Part shown: positions 1 through 8,993 of the stretch, piece after piece
Layout: each line of letters starts with the position of its first letter
Numbering within the stretch: position 1 is the first letter of the stretch
Source of the DNA: Gammaproteobacteria bacterium
GTDB taxonomy: Bacteria; Pseudomonadota; Gammaproteobacteria; Ga0077536
DNA length: 64,000 bases
Assembly (NCBI GenBank): GCA_965278995.1
Contig: OZ257136.1
Span: 2,940,553 to 3,004,552 of the forward strand
Reading direction: 5' to 3'
The notes under the pieces: model-generated
Database searches by the model: none
What the model was told of the DNA's origin: nothing
The model's input: the letters and a program-made list of their open reading frames with translations, nothing else
Translations under genes and position numbers: made by a program

Positions 1-333
1 GAAAGCCTGCGACAGCGGCGTCAGTACCGCCGTCGAGATGCCGAGCGTCGGCCCGCTCAGATACTTGTTGTACTCAAGCAGGAACTCGCCGATGGATTTC
101 CAGTGATACGCCCATGAAGCCATGCCGATGGCCTGGCCGATGGCGACTTCATTGGCGACAATGGCGCGGTTGGTATAGGCGGCGAAATTAAGATCACGCG
201 CTTCGACCGTCGAGACGCTGTAGGCCATCGCGTCTGCGGCGTTCTGCAGCGCCATCTTGTCCGAGGTCAATCGCCCGCTGCGGAACAGGATAAGTACGAT
301 AACGACAAGGACGACGCCGAAGATCAGCGTCAT
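1..333 (-). CDS. TadG/TadE-like Flp pilus assembly protein, N-terminal part (3' end lies beyond window start)
   Basis: Minus-strand ATG at 331-333, open to position 1. Translation MTLIFGVVLVVIVLILFRSGRLTSDKMALQNAADAMAYSVSTVEARDLNF... shows an N-terminal TM helix plus the M/LQNAADAxA motif typical of Tad pilus assembly (TadE/G-like) proteins. Lies directly downstream of the flp pilin on the same strand. Confidence 0.5.
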   Translation of the reverse strand, partial: MTLIFGVVLVVIVLILFRSGRLTSDKMALQNAADAMAYSVSTVEARDLNFAAYTNRAIVANEVAIGQAIGMASWAYHWKSIGEFLLEYNKYLSGPTLGISTAVLTPLSQAF

Positions 334-460
334 GAACGCGGCTTGCCCCCGCAGGCCACGCCGGCTGGCGTCAGGTCGCGCCCGGCGCGTAAGCGTCACG
401 CGCCGGGCCGGCGAGTCCAGCACTGGGCGCTGCATGTGCTGCAGCACCAATGCAGAAAAG

Positions 461-703
461 TTACTTGGTGCCTTCCGAGAAATCCGTCAGGCCGCGCGTT
501 GCCGTCGCATCGGTCGTTTCCGGGTCGGTGACATTGGCCGTGCCGGTGGAACCCGCCAGCTCTTCCGTCATCACGCCCATCTGGCCGCGGATGGTGTCGC
601 CGAACAGGCCATATATCGCAATGGCGGCGATGGCGATGAGAGCAACGATGATGATGTATTCGGTCATGCCCTGGCCGAGTTGCTTCAGCTTCTGCTTGAT
701 CAT
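461..703 (-). CDS. flp: Flp family type IVb pilin with extended Thr-rich C-terminal tail
   Basis: Internal Met of ORF 461..796(-): MIKQKLKQLGQG/MTEYIIIVALIAIAAIAIYG... The basic leader, Gly, then xxEY followed by a hydrophobic helix matches the Flp prepilin processing signature. The roughly 35-aa C-terminal tail is rich in T, D and E. Confidence 0.6.
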   Translation of the reverse strand: MIKQKLKQLGQGMTEYIIIVALIAIAAIAIYGLFGDTIRGQMGVMTEELAGSTGTANVTDPETTDATATRGLTDFSEGTK

Positions 704-899
704 TGTGTCTCCTCCGCTCCCTGCCGCGATGCTCACGCCGGCAATATCACTTGTTGATGACAACCGAAGATATACGATGAGCGTGTTTCCACTCATTCGC
801 TGCCCGGCAATTTACCATGGATTTCACGCGCCGCGACAAACCGCTCGCCTTCCCGCTCACACCGGCAGTCCGGTTCCGGACCGAGTTCGCCGCGTGAAA

Positions 900-1250
900 A
901 TGTACACCCTGCATGACGCTGGCACCGGTGCCTGCGTGATCGCAGCGGTAAGCTGTGCTGACACCGCTCTCGAACGTTTGCGTGGCCTGCTCGCCCGCCC
1001 GCCACTGGCGAACGGCGAAGCGCTGCTCCTCACACCCTGCTCGAGCGTGCACACCTGCTTCATGACTTACGCTATCGATATCGTCTATGTCGACCGCAAG
1101 GGGCAAGTCCTGAAGGTCGTGCCAGCACTGCCGCCGTGGCGCATGTCGGCAGCACTCGGCGCCGCGATGACATTTGAACTGGCTGCGGGGCAAGCAGCCG
1201 CCTGTGCACTTGTACCCGGCCGCCGCCTGCAACTCGTGGCCGTCGAGTGA
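900..1250 (+). CDS. DUF192 domain protein
   Basis: C-terminal part of ORF 450..1250 from Met151 (MYTLHDAGTGACVIAA...LLLTPCSSVHTCFMTYAIDIVYVDRKGQVLKV). It resembles the conserved DUF192/COG1430 core (xxSVHTxxMxxxIDxVxLD). The upstream part of that ORF overlaps flp antisense and is taken as spurious. Confidence 0.45.
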   Translation: MYTLHDAGTGACVIAAVSCADTALERLRGLLARPPLANGEALLLTPCSSVHTCFMTYAIDIVYVDRKGQVLKVVPALPPWRMSAALGAAMTFELAAGQAAACALVPGRRLQLVAVE

Positions 1251-1374
1251 GGTTTCCTGGTTCCTCTGCACGGCCCAGTTCGTGGTGTGGGAGACGCGCT
1301 GCAGCATGGCGCCGCGCATCAACATTCGCTACGCTGCCCCAGGTTATCAAGGGGTGGGAATAAGGAGCATAAGC

Positions 1375-1707
1375 ATGGGTATGGGGAACGTTGGCACGAC
1401 CAAAATTTTCGAGAACGACAAGATGATCGTGTGGGAATTCGTCCTCGATCCGGGCGATACCACACCGCTGCACACCCACCAGCACGACTACATGTTCTAT
1501 GTGCTGGACGGCGCGCCGCTCGATGTCTTTGATGCTGCCGGCGGATCGCTCGGCCAGCTCGACGCGCGCAGCGGCGCGGTCTTCGCGCTGACCGTCGATG
1601 GCGACGACCTGGTCACGGCTGATGGCAAGCATCGTGTGCCGGTCACTCACACGGCGCGCAATGCCGGCACCACGCGCTATCGCGAGATCCTGGTCGAAAC
1701 GAAATGA
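1375..1707 (+). CDS. cupin domain protein
   Basis: Met at 1375 is preceded by AAGGAG 10 nt upstream. Contains the His-rich cupin motif (GDTTPLHTHQHDYMFYVLDG). Confidence 0.6.
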   Translation: MGMGNVGTTKIFENDKMIVWEFVLDPGDTTPLHTHQHDYMFYVLDGAPLDVFDAAGGSLGQLDARSGAVFALTVDGDDLVTADGKHRVPVTHTARNAGTTRYREILVETK

Positions 1708-1729
1708 TTCGGGCGGACCGAGCCCGCCC

Positions 1730-2200
1730 ATGAACATGATGACGGACGACGCCGACGCATTGGCCCGCACCGCCGGCGCCGCCATGTATGCACGTGACCG
1801 CGCCTCGCAGGAACTCGGCATTGAACTCCTGGAAGTTCGGGCCGGCTATGCCCGCATGACCATGACCGTGCAAGACTGGATGCTGCAGGGTCACGCGGTC
1901 TGCCATGGCGGCTATCTGTTCACGCTGGCCGATACGGCGATGGCCTTTGCCGCCAATTCACATAACGTCGCCCATCTCGCGCTGAACGCGAACATCGATT
2001 TTCTCCGCCCGGCCAATCTCGGTGAGACGCTGACGGCTGTCGCCGAGGAAGGCAATCGCACGCGGCGTACCGGCATGTACGACGTCAGCGTAGTCAACGA
2101 CAAAGGTCAGCAAGTGGCACATTTCCGCGGTCGCACGTTCGGCGTCGGCGGCAGCGTGATTGGCGAGGACGGCGGAGGCGGAGAAGAACATCGTGCTTGA
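1730..2200 (+). CDS. PaaI-type hotdog-fold thioesterase (hydroxyphenylacetyl-CoA thioesterase-like)
   Basis: ORF 1598..2200 from internal Met. Carries the HGG motif context (AVCHGGYLFTLADTAMAFAANS) and overall PaaI/4HBT family similarity. Confidence 0.7.
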   Translation: MNMMTDDADALARTAGAAMYARDRASQELGIELLEVRAGYARMTMTVQDWMLQGHAVCHGGYLFTLADTAMAFAANSHNVAHLALNANIDFLRPANLGETLTAVAEEGNRTRRTGMYDVSVVNDKGQQVAHFRGRTFGVGGSVIGEDGGGGEEHRA

Positions 2201-2256
2201 ATTCGTCCGCTAGGTAATCGAATAAATCGTTTCGAATTTGCCTCTCAAGCTCACGG

Positions 2257-2363
2257 CTGGTGGGTGACAGGCTTGATCCGGGACCGTGCGCCGCAGGACG
2301 CGGCGCCCGAGCATACAAGGATGTACTGGCTGCGTGTCCCGGAACAAGCCTGTCAGCCACCAG
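2257..2363. repeat. Large imperfect inverted repeat (27-nt arms, 25/27 complementary, 53-nt spacer containing a nested GCGCCGC/GCGGCGC hairpin)
   Basis: Arms are CTGGTGGGTGACAGGCTTGATCCGGGA (2257-2283) and TCCCGGAACAAGCCTGTCAGCCACCAG (2337-2363). The inner hairpin spans 2288-2294 and 2300-2306. Confidence 0.6.
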
Positions 2364-2480
2364 TCCGTCCGAACTAAAGCGAATTCGGAACCTATTAAAG
2401 AATCTCTGAATAAGTCCATCCTGGACTTCTACTCGCCTCATCCCTGAGGCTCGCCCTTGCAGGGCTGCACTGCGTGCGTT

Positions 2481-2543
2481 CAAAATCGCTCCAGGCGATT
2501 TTGCCAGAGTACGGAAAGGGAAAAATGCGATTTTTCCCTTTCC
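2481..2543. repeat. Two adjacent perfect palindromic stem-loops
   Basis: CAAAATCG-ctccagg-CGATTTTG spans 2481-2503. GGAAAGGGAAAAA-tgcga-TTTTTCCCTTTCC spans 2513-2543 and is followed by TTCATTTTG. Confidence 0.5.
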
Positions 2544-2576
2544 TTCATTTTGAATGGTCTACGCCCATCGAAAATC

Positions 2577-2624
2577 GCGGCACATCCCTGTGCCGCAGGA
2601 AGCTCTGCCTTTTGCAGAGCTTCC
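2577..2624 (-). terminator. Tandem intrinsic-terminator-like hairpins immediately downstream of the nhaP2 stop codon
   Basis: An 11-bp perfect stem GGAAGCTCTGC/GCAGAGCTTCC (2598-2624) starts 15 nt after the minus-strand stop. A second hairpin, GCGGCACA-tccc-TGTGCCGC (2577-2596), is followed on the minus strand by GAUUUUCGAU. Confidence 0.5.
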
Positions 2625-2639
2625 TTAACTCAGGAGCCC

Positions 2640-4370
2640 TTACTGCTCCGGCATCAATTTCAGACCGACAGTCGCAATCCGCCCATTCTCGATATCGCGT
2701 GTCACGATGCGCACCGAACCGACCATCACGCCATCGCCGGCAACGGCGCGACGTCCAAGGCGTCGTTCAAGCAAGGTGCCGATAGTCCCAGCGGCTTCTT
2801 CGGCATTGAGTTCGAGCCCATAGACGGCAGCCAGATCGGCTGCAGCAGCGTCGGCCCGCACCGTGAACTCGCCGTAGAAATCGCGTGCAGCGGATTCGCC
2901 TTTGAGCGCGCTGCCAGAAAAAAACGCCGAGAGCATTTCGGATTGGCCGGGGGCCAACAGCAACCACACCAGATCGTCGGCAGCGAGCGCCTGCTCCGGC
3001 GACGGCATCAACGGTGTGCCACCACGGGCGACGAACAGACAGCGTAGACCCGGCAGTTCGTCGAGCGGCAATGGTTCCACGCTGGCCCAGCCGACGGCTG
3101 GCGCGCCCGGTTCGACGCGGAACGTGACGAGTTCGTGGCCGCGCGAGCCGATCCACACTTCGCTGCGATCGACCGGCTCGGCACGATGGGGAACGATCAT
3201 ACCGAGCAGGCGCGCAGCGAGCGGCAGCGTCATGCCCTGCAGCAGCAGCGAGACCAGCACGACGGTGAAGGTGACGTCGAAGATCAGATGCGCATCCGGC
3301 AGGCCCGCCACGACCGGGAAGATTGCCAGCACGATGGGTACAGCACCGCGCAAACCGACCCACGAGACAAACACGGTTTCGCGCCAGCGAAATCGCATGA
3401 ATACCAGTGAGGTGAGCACGGCGAGCGGTCGTGCGATCAGCATCAGGAAGAACGCGACAGCGAGCGCATGGCCCATGGAATCGAACAGTCGCGCTGGCGT
3501 GACGAGCAGCCCGAGCAGGACGAACATGATCGCCTGCGCCAGCCAGGCGAGACCGTCCAGCACGGTCATGACGTGCTCAGTGGCGTGGCTGCGTCGATTG
3601 CCGATGACGAGTCCGGCGATGTAGACAGCGAGAAATCCGCTGCCACCGATGGCATTCGCTGCGCCGAAGATGGCGAGTCCGGCTGAGGCGATCAGCAGGG
3701 CATAAAGTCCTTCCGCCAATCGGAGGCGAGCCAGCGCCAGCGCCAGTATGTAACCACCGCCGGCGCCCGCTGCGGTGCCGATACCGAGTTCGAGCACGAG
3801 TTCGAGTGCGAGATGGGCCCAGCTGAAACTGGCCGGATCGCGCAGTACACCGATGAACGCGATGACCAGAAAAATGGCCATCGGATCGTTCGTACCCGAC
3901 TCAATCTCGAGCGTCGCGCGTACGCGCTCGTTGATGCGCAGACGACTGTTGCGCAACAGGGAGAACACAGCCGCCGCGTCGGTCGAGGCGACGATTGCAC
4001 CGAGCAGCAAACCGAGACGCCAATCGATGCCGAGCAGCCAGGTCGCAAAACCGCCGAGCAACCCGGCCGAAACCAGCACACCCCAACTCGCCAGCATGGC
4101 AGCCGGTTTGAGGGCGACACGAAACGTCGAGATCTGGGTGCGCAGGCCACCGTCGAGCAGGATCAGCGCAAGCGCAATATTGCCGATGCGGAACGCCAGT
4201 TCGAAATCGCCGAAAGGGATTCCGCCGGGACCATTCTCACCGGCCAGCATGCCGGCCAGCAGAAAGATGATCAGCAAGGGCAGGCCGATGCGATTCGACG
4301 CTACGCTGACCAGCACGCTGAATGCAATCAGTCCGCCGGCGGCGAGCAGATAGAGATCGAGACTGTCCAT
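2640..4370 (-). CDS. nhaP2: K+/H+ antiporter NhaP2 (CPA1 family, C-terminal TrkA-C regulatory domain)
   Basis: 576 aa with multiple TM helices (MDSLDLYLLAAGGLIAFSVLVSVASNRIGLPLLIIFLLAGMLAGENGPGG...). Length and N-terminus match NhaP2/CvrA; the C-terminal region is soluble. Confidence 0.85.
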   Translation of the reverse strand: MDSLDLYLLAAGGLIAFSVLVSVASNRIGLPLLIIFLLAGMLAGENGPGGIPFGDFELAFRIGNIALALILLDGGLRTQISTFRVALKPAAMLASWGVLVSAGLLGGFATWLLGIDWRLGLLLGAIVASTDAAAVFSLLRNSRLRINERVRATLEIESGTNDPMAIFLVIAFIGVLRDPASFSWAHLALELVLELGIGTAAGAGGGYILALALARLRLAEGLYALLIASAGLAIFGAANAIGGSGFLAVYIAGLVIGNRRSHATEHVMTVLDGLAWLAQAIMFVLLGLLVTPARLFDSMGHALAVAFFLMLIARPLAVLTSLVFMRFRWRETVFVSWVGLRGAVPIVLAIFPVVAGLPDAHLIFDVTFTVVLVSLLLQGMTLPLAARLLGMIVPHRAEPVDRSEVWIGSRGHELVTFRVEPGAPAVGWASVEPLPLDELPGLRCLFVARGGTPLMPSPEQALAADDLVWLLLAPGQSEMLSAFFSGSALKGESAARDFYGEFTVRADAAAADLAAVYGLELNAEEAAGTIGTLLERRLGRRAVAGDGVMVGSVRIVTRDIENGRIATVGLKLMPEQ

Positions 4371-4511
4371 GGATTCAAGCTTAACAGGCTGGCGAAATTC
4401 TCAGTGATCGCAGTGCACTTCGGATAGCGGCCGGCGAAGTTGGCCGTTTGCTTTCCATTGCCCGGTGCGTTCTATACCATTCGGCAGCCAGATAGCGGGA
4501 AGGAATCGGGA

Positions 4512-5582
4512 ATGACGCAAGCGATCGCGATAGTGCCGCCCTCCGCGGTCTCGCCCGAATGGTTGACAGCCGCGCTGCAGGCCCGCGGCATCGATGCGCG
4601 CGTGCGTAGTGTCACGACCGAGACGGTCGGCACCGGCCAGCTCGGCGAAACGCGACGTTTCCGCCTCGATTACGCCGGCGCCGTGCCGGCTGACGCGCCG
4701 CGCACGCTGGTTGGCAAGTTTCCTTCCGACAACGAGGTCGCGGCAACCAGCGGCCGCGAACTGGGACTGTATCGCTGCGAGGTCATGTTCTATCGCGAAC
4801 TCGCTCATCGCGCGGTCATCCGCACGCCGGCGGTCTACGTCGCCGAACTCGATCAGGCAAATAATTTCGTGCTGCTGTTGGAAGATCTCGCGCCGGCTGT
4901 GCAGGGCGATCACATGCGCGGTTGTTCTGTGGAGAATGCCCGCAAAGCACTCGACGAAGCTGCCATGCTGCACGCGGCGTTCTGGAATGACGCCGAACTG
5001 GCGAGCCAGGATTGGGTGTACATCCCGGCCGGTGCACAGGGCTTCTATACCACCGAACTGATGGAGAGCTGCTGGGCGCATTTTGAAAAAACCTACGCCC
5101 ATCGCATGGACCCGGACGTCATCAAGGTCTGCGCCAAATATATCCAGCATCATGCCGCCTGGAACGCGCCGCGAGCGGCGCCGAAAACCTATTCGCACAA
5201 TGATTTTCGCGTCGACAACATGCTGTTCGGCGGCGAACGCATCGCGGTCGTCGACTGGCAAACCAGCAACTATCTCGGCACCGGCATGGACCCCGCGTAT
5301 TTTCTCGGCAGTGCATTTGATCGCGAAACCCGTCGTCGGCACGAAGGGGAACTGCTGCACGGCTACCATGACGCCCTGATCCGTCGTGGCGTGACGGACT
5401 ACAGTTTCGATCACCTGATGGCAGATTATCGTCACTACAGCTTCGCTGTGCTTGCCGTCGCCATTGCCGCAACGGTCATCGTCAAGCAAACCGAGCGCGG
5501 CGATCACCTGTTCATGAAGATGGTCACCGATGGCGCCTATCAGGCGCTCGACAACGACGCGCTCGATGTCCTGCCGTCGTAA
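4512..5582 (+). CDS. phosphotransferase enzyme family protein (APH/choline-kinase-like fold)
   Basis: Internal Met of ORF 4440..5582, preceded by a GGAAGGAA Shine-Dalgarno. Carries the Brenner motif HNDFRVDNMLF plus a downstream DWQ, as in aminoglycoside/ecdysteroid-kinase-like phosphotransferases. Confidence 0.65.
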   Translation: MTQAIAIVPPSAVSPEWLTAALQARGIDARVRSVTTETVGTGQLGETRRFRLDYAGAVPADAPRTLVGKFPSDNEVAATSGRELGLYRCEVMFYRELAHRAVIRTPAVYVAELDQANNFVLLLEDLAPAVQGDHMRGCSVENARKALDEAAMLHAAFWNDAELASQDWVYIPAGAQGFYTTELMESCWAHFEKTYAHRMDPDVIKVCAKYIQHHAAWNAPRAAPKTYSHNDFRVDNMLFGGERIAVVDWQTSNYLGTGMDPAYFLGSAFDRETRRRHEGELLHGYHDALIRRGVTDYSFDHLMADYRHYSFAVLAVAIAATVIVKQTERGDHLFMKMVTDGAYQALDNDALDVLPS

Positions 5583-5593
5583 AGGAGTCGACG

Positions 5594-6274
5594 ATGCGTC
5601 TGGCCAAACCCCATCTCGATCTCGGCCTGTTCACCAATGATATCGCCCTGCAGCGGCGCTTTTGGGGTGAAACCGCGCGACTGCGGCTCGACCACGAACT
5701 GCCTGTCGGACCAGGCTGGGTGCAGCATCGCTACGACGCGCACGACTCGGTCATCAAGGTCAATCTGCGCGACGACCCACTGCCGGCCTTGCCGCCTACC
5801 GGCTTTACCGGCCTCACTATCGCCGCTACCGGTCCAGCGTGGAGCGGGCAACATCCGGGCGGTGACCGCGTGCGCCTCGTGGCACCCGGGACCGACGGCG
5901 TCGTCGGTATCGGCGTCACTGTCAGTACCCCGGATCCGGCGCGCATGATGGCGTTCTATGTCGACGCGATGGAATTCGAGCCGGTTGGCCCGCGGACCGC
6001 GCGCTGCGGCGACAGCCTGCTGTTCGTCGAGCACGGCGCTGGCGGATCAGTGACCGAGGATTTCATCGGTCCGAATTTTCGCTATCTGACCGTACAGATC
6101 TACGACGCCGACGAAGCCTGTTCAGCGATTGTCGCGCGCGGTGGCAGGCTCGGCCGGGCGCCGGTCACCCTCGGTCAGGTTGCACGTTTCGGCTTTGTCT
6201 GCGACCCGGACGGCAACTGGATCGAAATCTCGGCGCGCGCGTCGTTGACCGGGATCATCCCGCGACCGGATTGA
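5594..6274 (+). CDS. VOC (glyoxalase/bleomycin-resistance/dioxygenase) family protein
   Basis: AAGGAG Shine-Dalgarno upstream. The C-terminal FVCDPDGNWIEI resembles the glyoxalase-fold signature. Confidence 0.55.
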   Translation: MRLAKPHLDLGLFTNDIALQRRFWGETARLRLDHELPVGPGWVQHRYDAHDSVIKVNLRDDPLPALPPTGFTGLTIAATGPAWSGQHPGGDRVRLVAPGTDGVVGIGVTVSTPDPARMMAFYVDAMEFEPVGPRTARCGDSLLFVEHGAGGSVTEDFIGPNFRYLTVQIYDADEACSAIVARGGRLGRAPVTLGQVARFGFVCDPDGNWIEISARASLTGIIPRPD

Positions 6275-6299
6275 TGTACCCGCGCGACGCCGTATCCCG

Positions 6300-6689
6300 A
6301 TGAGCGTGCGCGTCGTCCGGCTCGGCTCGCCACGTGGACTCGGCGAAGGGCTGCGCCTAGGTACGGTGCGGCGACCGCCGCGTGGCGTCCCCAAAGCGGA
6401 TCACGCAAGGCGCGACTACTACGACGTGTGGATGCCCGAACTCGCACCGGCGGCCGAGACCATTAAGCTCGCTCTTCGCAGCGACAGTGCAGCCGACTGG
6501 CAACGGTTCGTTCGTTCGTATCACGCGGAAATGCGCAAGCCAGGCGCCAGTCGACTGCTCGATCTGCTAGCTGCCCTGTCACATCAGACTGATTTTGCGG
6601 TCGGCTGTTATTGCGAAGACGCCACCCGTTGCCATCGCAGTCTGCTGGCCAGTCTGCTGCGCGACCGCGGCGCGGCGATGGCAGAATGA
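6300..6689 (+). CDS. DUF488 family protein
   Basis: MSVRVVRLGSPRGLGEGLRLGTVRRPPRGVPKADHARRDYYDVWMPELAPAAETIKL... resembles the DUF488 N-terminal consensus (xxRVYxxxxxDGxRVLVDRLWPRGxxK). Confidence 0.75.
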   Translation: MSVRVVRLGSPRGLGEGLRLGTVRRPPRGVPKADHARRDYYDVWMPELAPAAETIKLALRSDSAADWQRFVRSYHAEMRKPGASRLLDLLAALSHQTDFAVGCYCEDATRCHRSLLASLLRDRGAAMAE

Positions 6690-7693
6690 GTGCCCACACG
6701 CCGGCACTCGGCATGCACGGCCGACGCTTGCTGGCAGGGATCATCGCTTGCGTCATGTCGCTCGGCTGCGAACCGTTGCAGGCAACGGACTTCCGCGCGT
6801 TGGTCAGCTGGATGCCGGACAATGTCGCGATCGTGAAAATTGTCGACCGCTATGCCGAGAAAGTGGCCGAAGCCTCGGCCGGTGGAACGCGTTTCGCTTT
6901 GACCGGCCCAGACGTCATTCCAGCCTTCGAGCAGCTGCAGCCAGTTGCGCTCGGCATCTTCGATGTCCTGTTTACCCATGGCTCATTTCACGCAACCACC
7001 AGCACGGTCGGACTGGCCCTGGACGCCATTACCGCCGAACCGACTGTGTTGCGCAGTTCAGGCGTATGGGAGGCAGTCGACAAGCACTATGCGACGCTCG
7101 GTTTCAAACTGCTTGCACTGCCAGTCTCGAGCACCGGCCATCACCTGTTGCTGCGCGAGCCGCTGACCGAACCGTGCGAACTCGCCGGACGGCGGATCCG
7201 CGCTTCGCCGATGTATCACGACCTGCTGACAGCGCTGGGCGCAACGCCCGTGCCGCTGCCGGTACGCGAAACCGGCGGCGCAATCGACAAAGGCGTGATC
7301 GACGGCGTCGCCTGGTCGACCATTGGAACATTCGAACATCAATGGCAAACCGTTAATCGTTATCTATTCCGCCCAAGTTTCGGTTCTTATACCTATCTCC
7401 TGTTGATGAACCTCGACACCTGGCGCGCACTCGGCGTCGAAGAGCAGACCATCCTGCTGGCCGAAGGCATCAAACTCGAAGACAAGATTTATCGGCGCTT
7501 CAAGAAAGTCGCTTCCCGCGAAGAGAACGAGCTCAAAGTCAGCGGCATGCAGTCGACCGAGCTGTGCGGCGCAGCACTCAAACACCTGCCAATTTTCTGG
7601 GCCGATAGCGTGTGGGCGTATGCCGAGACCCGCGGTATCGCTGCCGTGCCCGCGCTGCGCGAGCTGGCCGTTGCTGCCGGCATTACCTATTAA
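6686..7693 (+). CDS. TRAP transporter solute-binding protein, DctP family (no dctQM partner in window)
   Basis: Met at 6686 overlaps the DUF488 stop (ATGA). Has a signal peptide. The conserved DctP core is present (GRRIRASPMYHDLLTALGATPVPLPVRETGGAIDKGVIDGVAWSTIGTF...YTYLLLMNLDTWRALGVEEQTIL). Confidence 0.75.
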   Translation: MSAHTPALGMHGRRLLAGIIACVMSLGCEPLQATDFRALVSWMPDNVAIVKIVDRYAEKVAEASAGGTRFALTGPDVIPAFEQLQPVALGIFDVLFTHGSFHATTSTVGLALDAITAEPTVLRSSGVWEAVDKHYATLGFKLLALPVSSTGHHLLLREPLTEPCELAGRRIRASPMYHDLLTALGATPVPLPVRETGGAIDKGVIDGVAWSTIGTFEHQWQTVNRYLFRPSFGSYTYLLLMNLDTWRALGVEEQTILLAEGIKLEDKIYRRFKKVASREENELKVSGMQSTELCGAALKHLPIFWADSVWAYAETRGIAAVPALRELAVAAGITY

Positions 7694-7715
7694 GATTTTA
7701 TCGAGGGAAGCGGCG

Positions 7716-8993
7716 ATGGCGACGATTCCGACTGAACTGATTGGGCCTCTGTTCAATCCGGCGACTTTTGCGGTTCGCGGAGCGGTCGATGATTTGCTTG
7801 CCGAACTGCGGCGGGACTATCCGCTCGCGCAGGCCGAGGTGCCGGGTTACGACCCGCATTGGATCGTGTGTCGGCATGCCGACATCCAGGAAGTGTCGCG
7901 TCAGAACGAATTGTTTCATAACGCCGACCGTTCAGCGACGGTCATCCCACAAGCGGGCGAGTCGCTGGTCCAGGCATTCACCGGTGGCGACTTCAATCTT
8001 TTCCGCTCGCTGGTCCAACTCGATGGCGACGATCACAAGCAGCACCGGCGGGTGCTGTTTCAAGCACTCGGCTCGCAGAGTGTCGCTCGCCTCGCGGACC
8101 GCATCCGTGCCACAGCACGCGAGCAGATTGAGACGCTGCGCGTCGCTGACGGTGAAATCGACTGGGCCAAAGCAGTCTCCGCGCCTTATCCACTGAGGGT
8201 CGTGCTCGACGTCATCGGTGTGCCGCGGAACGACCACGCCCGCATGCTGGAACTGACGCAATGGTTATTCAGCTGGGCTGACCCGGAACTGTGCCGTCCA
8301 GGCACCGATCCTGCGCATCCTGAACAGCAACCGCGCACCTGGAAAATCGTCTTCGATGAGTTCGATAGCTACTTCTCGGCACTCATCGAAGCCCGCCAGC
8401 GCGAACCGCGCGACGATCTGGCGACGATACTTGCCAACGCCGACATCCAGGGTTCGCCCATGGAACACGGCCGGGCCATCTCCTATTTCGCGATTCTTGC
8501 CACGGCCGGCCACGATTCGACGGCACACACCACTGCAACCGCAATGTGGGAACTGGCCGAGAGTCCGCTGCTGTTCGAACGCCTGCGGGCCGAACCAGGC
8601 TTGATTGCAAATTTCGTCGAGGAAGCCATCCGCTGGACGACGCCAGTCAAGCATTTCGTCCGTCATGCCACCGCCGACTGTACGCTCGCTGGCGAGCACA
8701 TCCGCCAGGGCGACCGCCTGTATCTGTCCTACCCTTCTGGCAATCGGGACGCGGCTGAATTTGACGAGCCGTTCCGCTTTCGCCTCGATCGCGTACGGAA
8801 CCGACACGTCGGTTTCGGTTACGGCGCCCATGTCTGTCTCGGCCAGCATCTCGCCCGACTCGAGATGCGCAGCCTGTGGGAGGAACTGCTGCCGGCACTC
8901 GGCGCTGTCGAGATGGCCGGCGAGGGTCGTCTCATCGCTTCCGAATTCGTATCGGGTCCGAAGTCGGTGCCGATACGCTATCGCCTTGCTTGA
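7716..8993 (+). CDS. cytochrome P450
   Basis: Heme-thiolate loop FGYGAHVCLGQHLARLEM, EIRW (ExxR) motif and AGHDST I-helix motif. Start taken at Met33 of ORF 7620..8993. Confidence 0.9.
   Translation: MATIPTELIGPLFNPATFAVRGAVDDLLAELRRDYPLAQAEVPGYDPHWIVCRHADIQEVSRQNELFHNADRSATVIPQAGESLVQAFTGGDFNLFRSLVQLDGDDHKQHRRVLFQALGSQSVARLADRIRATAREQIETLRVADGEIDWAKAVSAPYPLRVVLDVIGVPRNDHARMLELTQWLFSWADPELCRPGTDPAHPEQQPRTWKIVFDEFDSYFSALIEARQREPRDDLATILANADIQGSPMEHGRAISYFAILATAGHDSTAHTTATAMWELAESPLLFERLRAEPGLIANFVEEAIRWTTPVKHFVRHATADCTLAGEHIRQGDRLYLSYPSGNRDAAEFDEPFRFRLDRVRNRHVGFGYGAHVCLGQHLARLEMRSLWEELLPALGAVEMAGEGRLIASEFVSGPKSVPIRYRLA

Noticed and set aside
257-899. ORFs 257..757(+), 343..531(+) and the 5' part of 450..1250(+)
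   Set aside because: They overlap the flp pilin gene in antisense and have low-complexity Arg-rich translations. Only the DUF192-like portion from 900 was kept.
2457-3047. ORFs 2457..3047(+) and 2474..2785(+) downstream of paaI
   Set aside because: The first 170 nt are a series of perfect hairpins and the remainder is antisense to nhaP2. Better explained as structured non-coding DNA.
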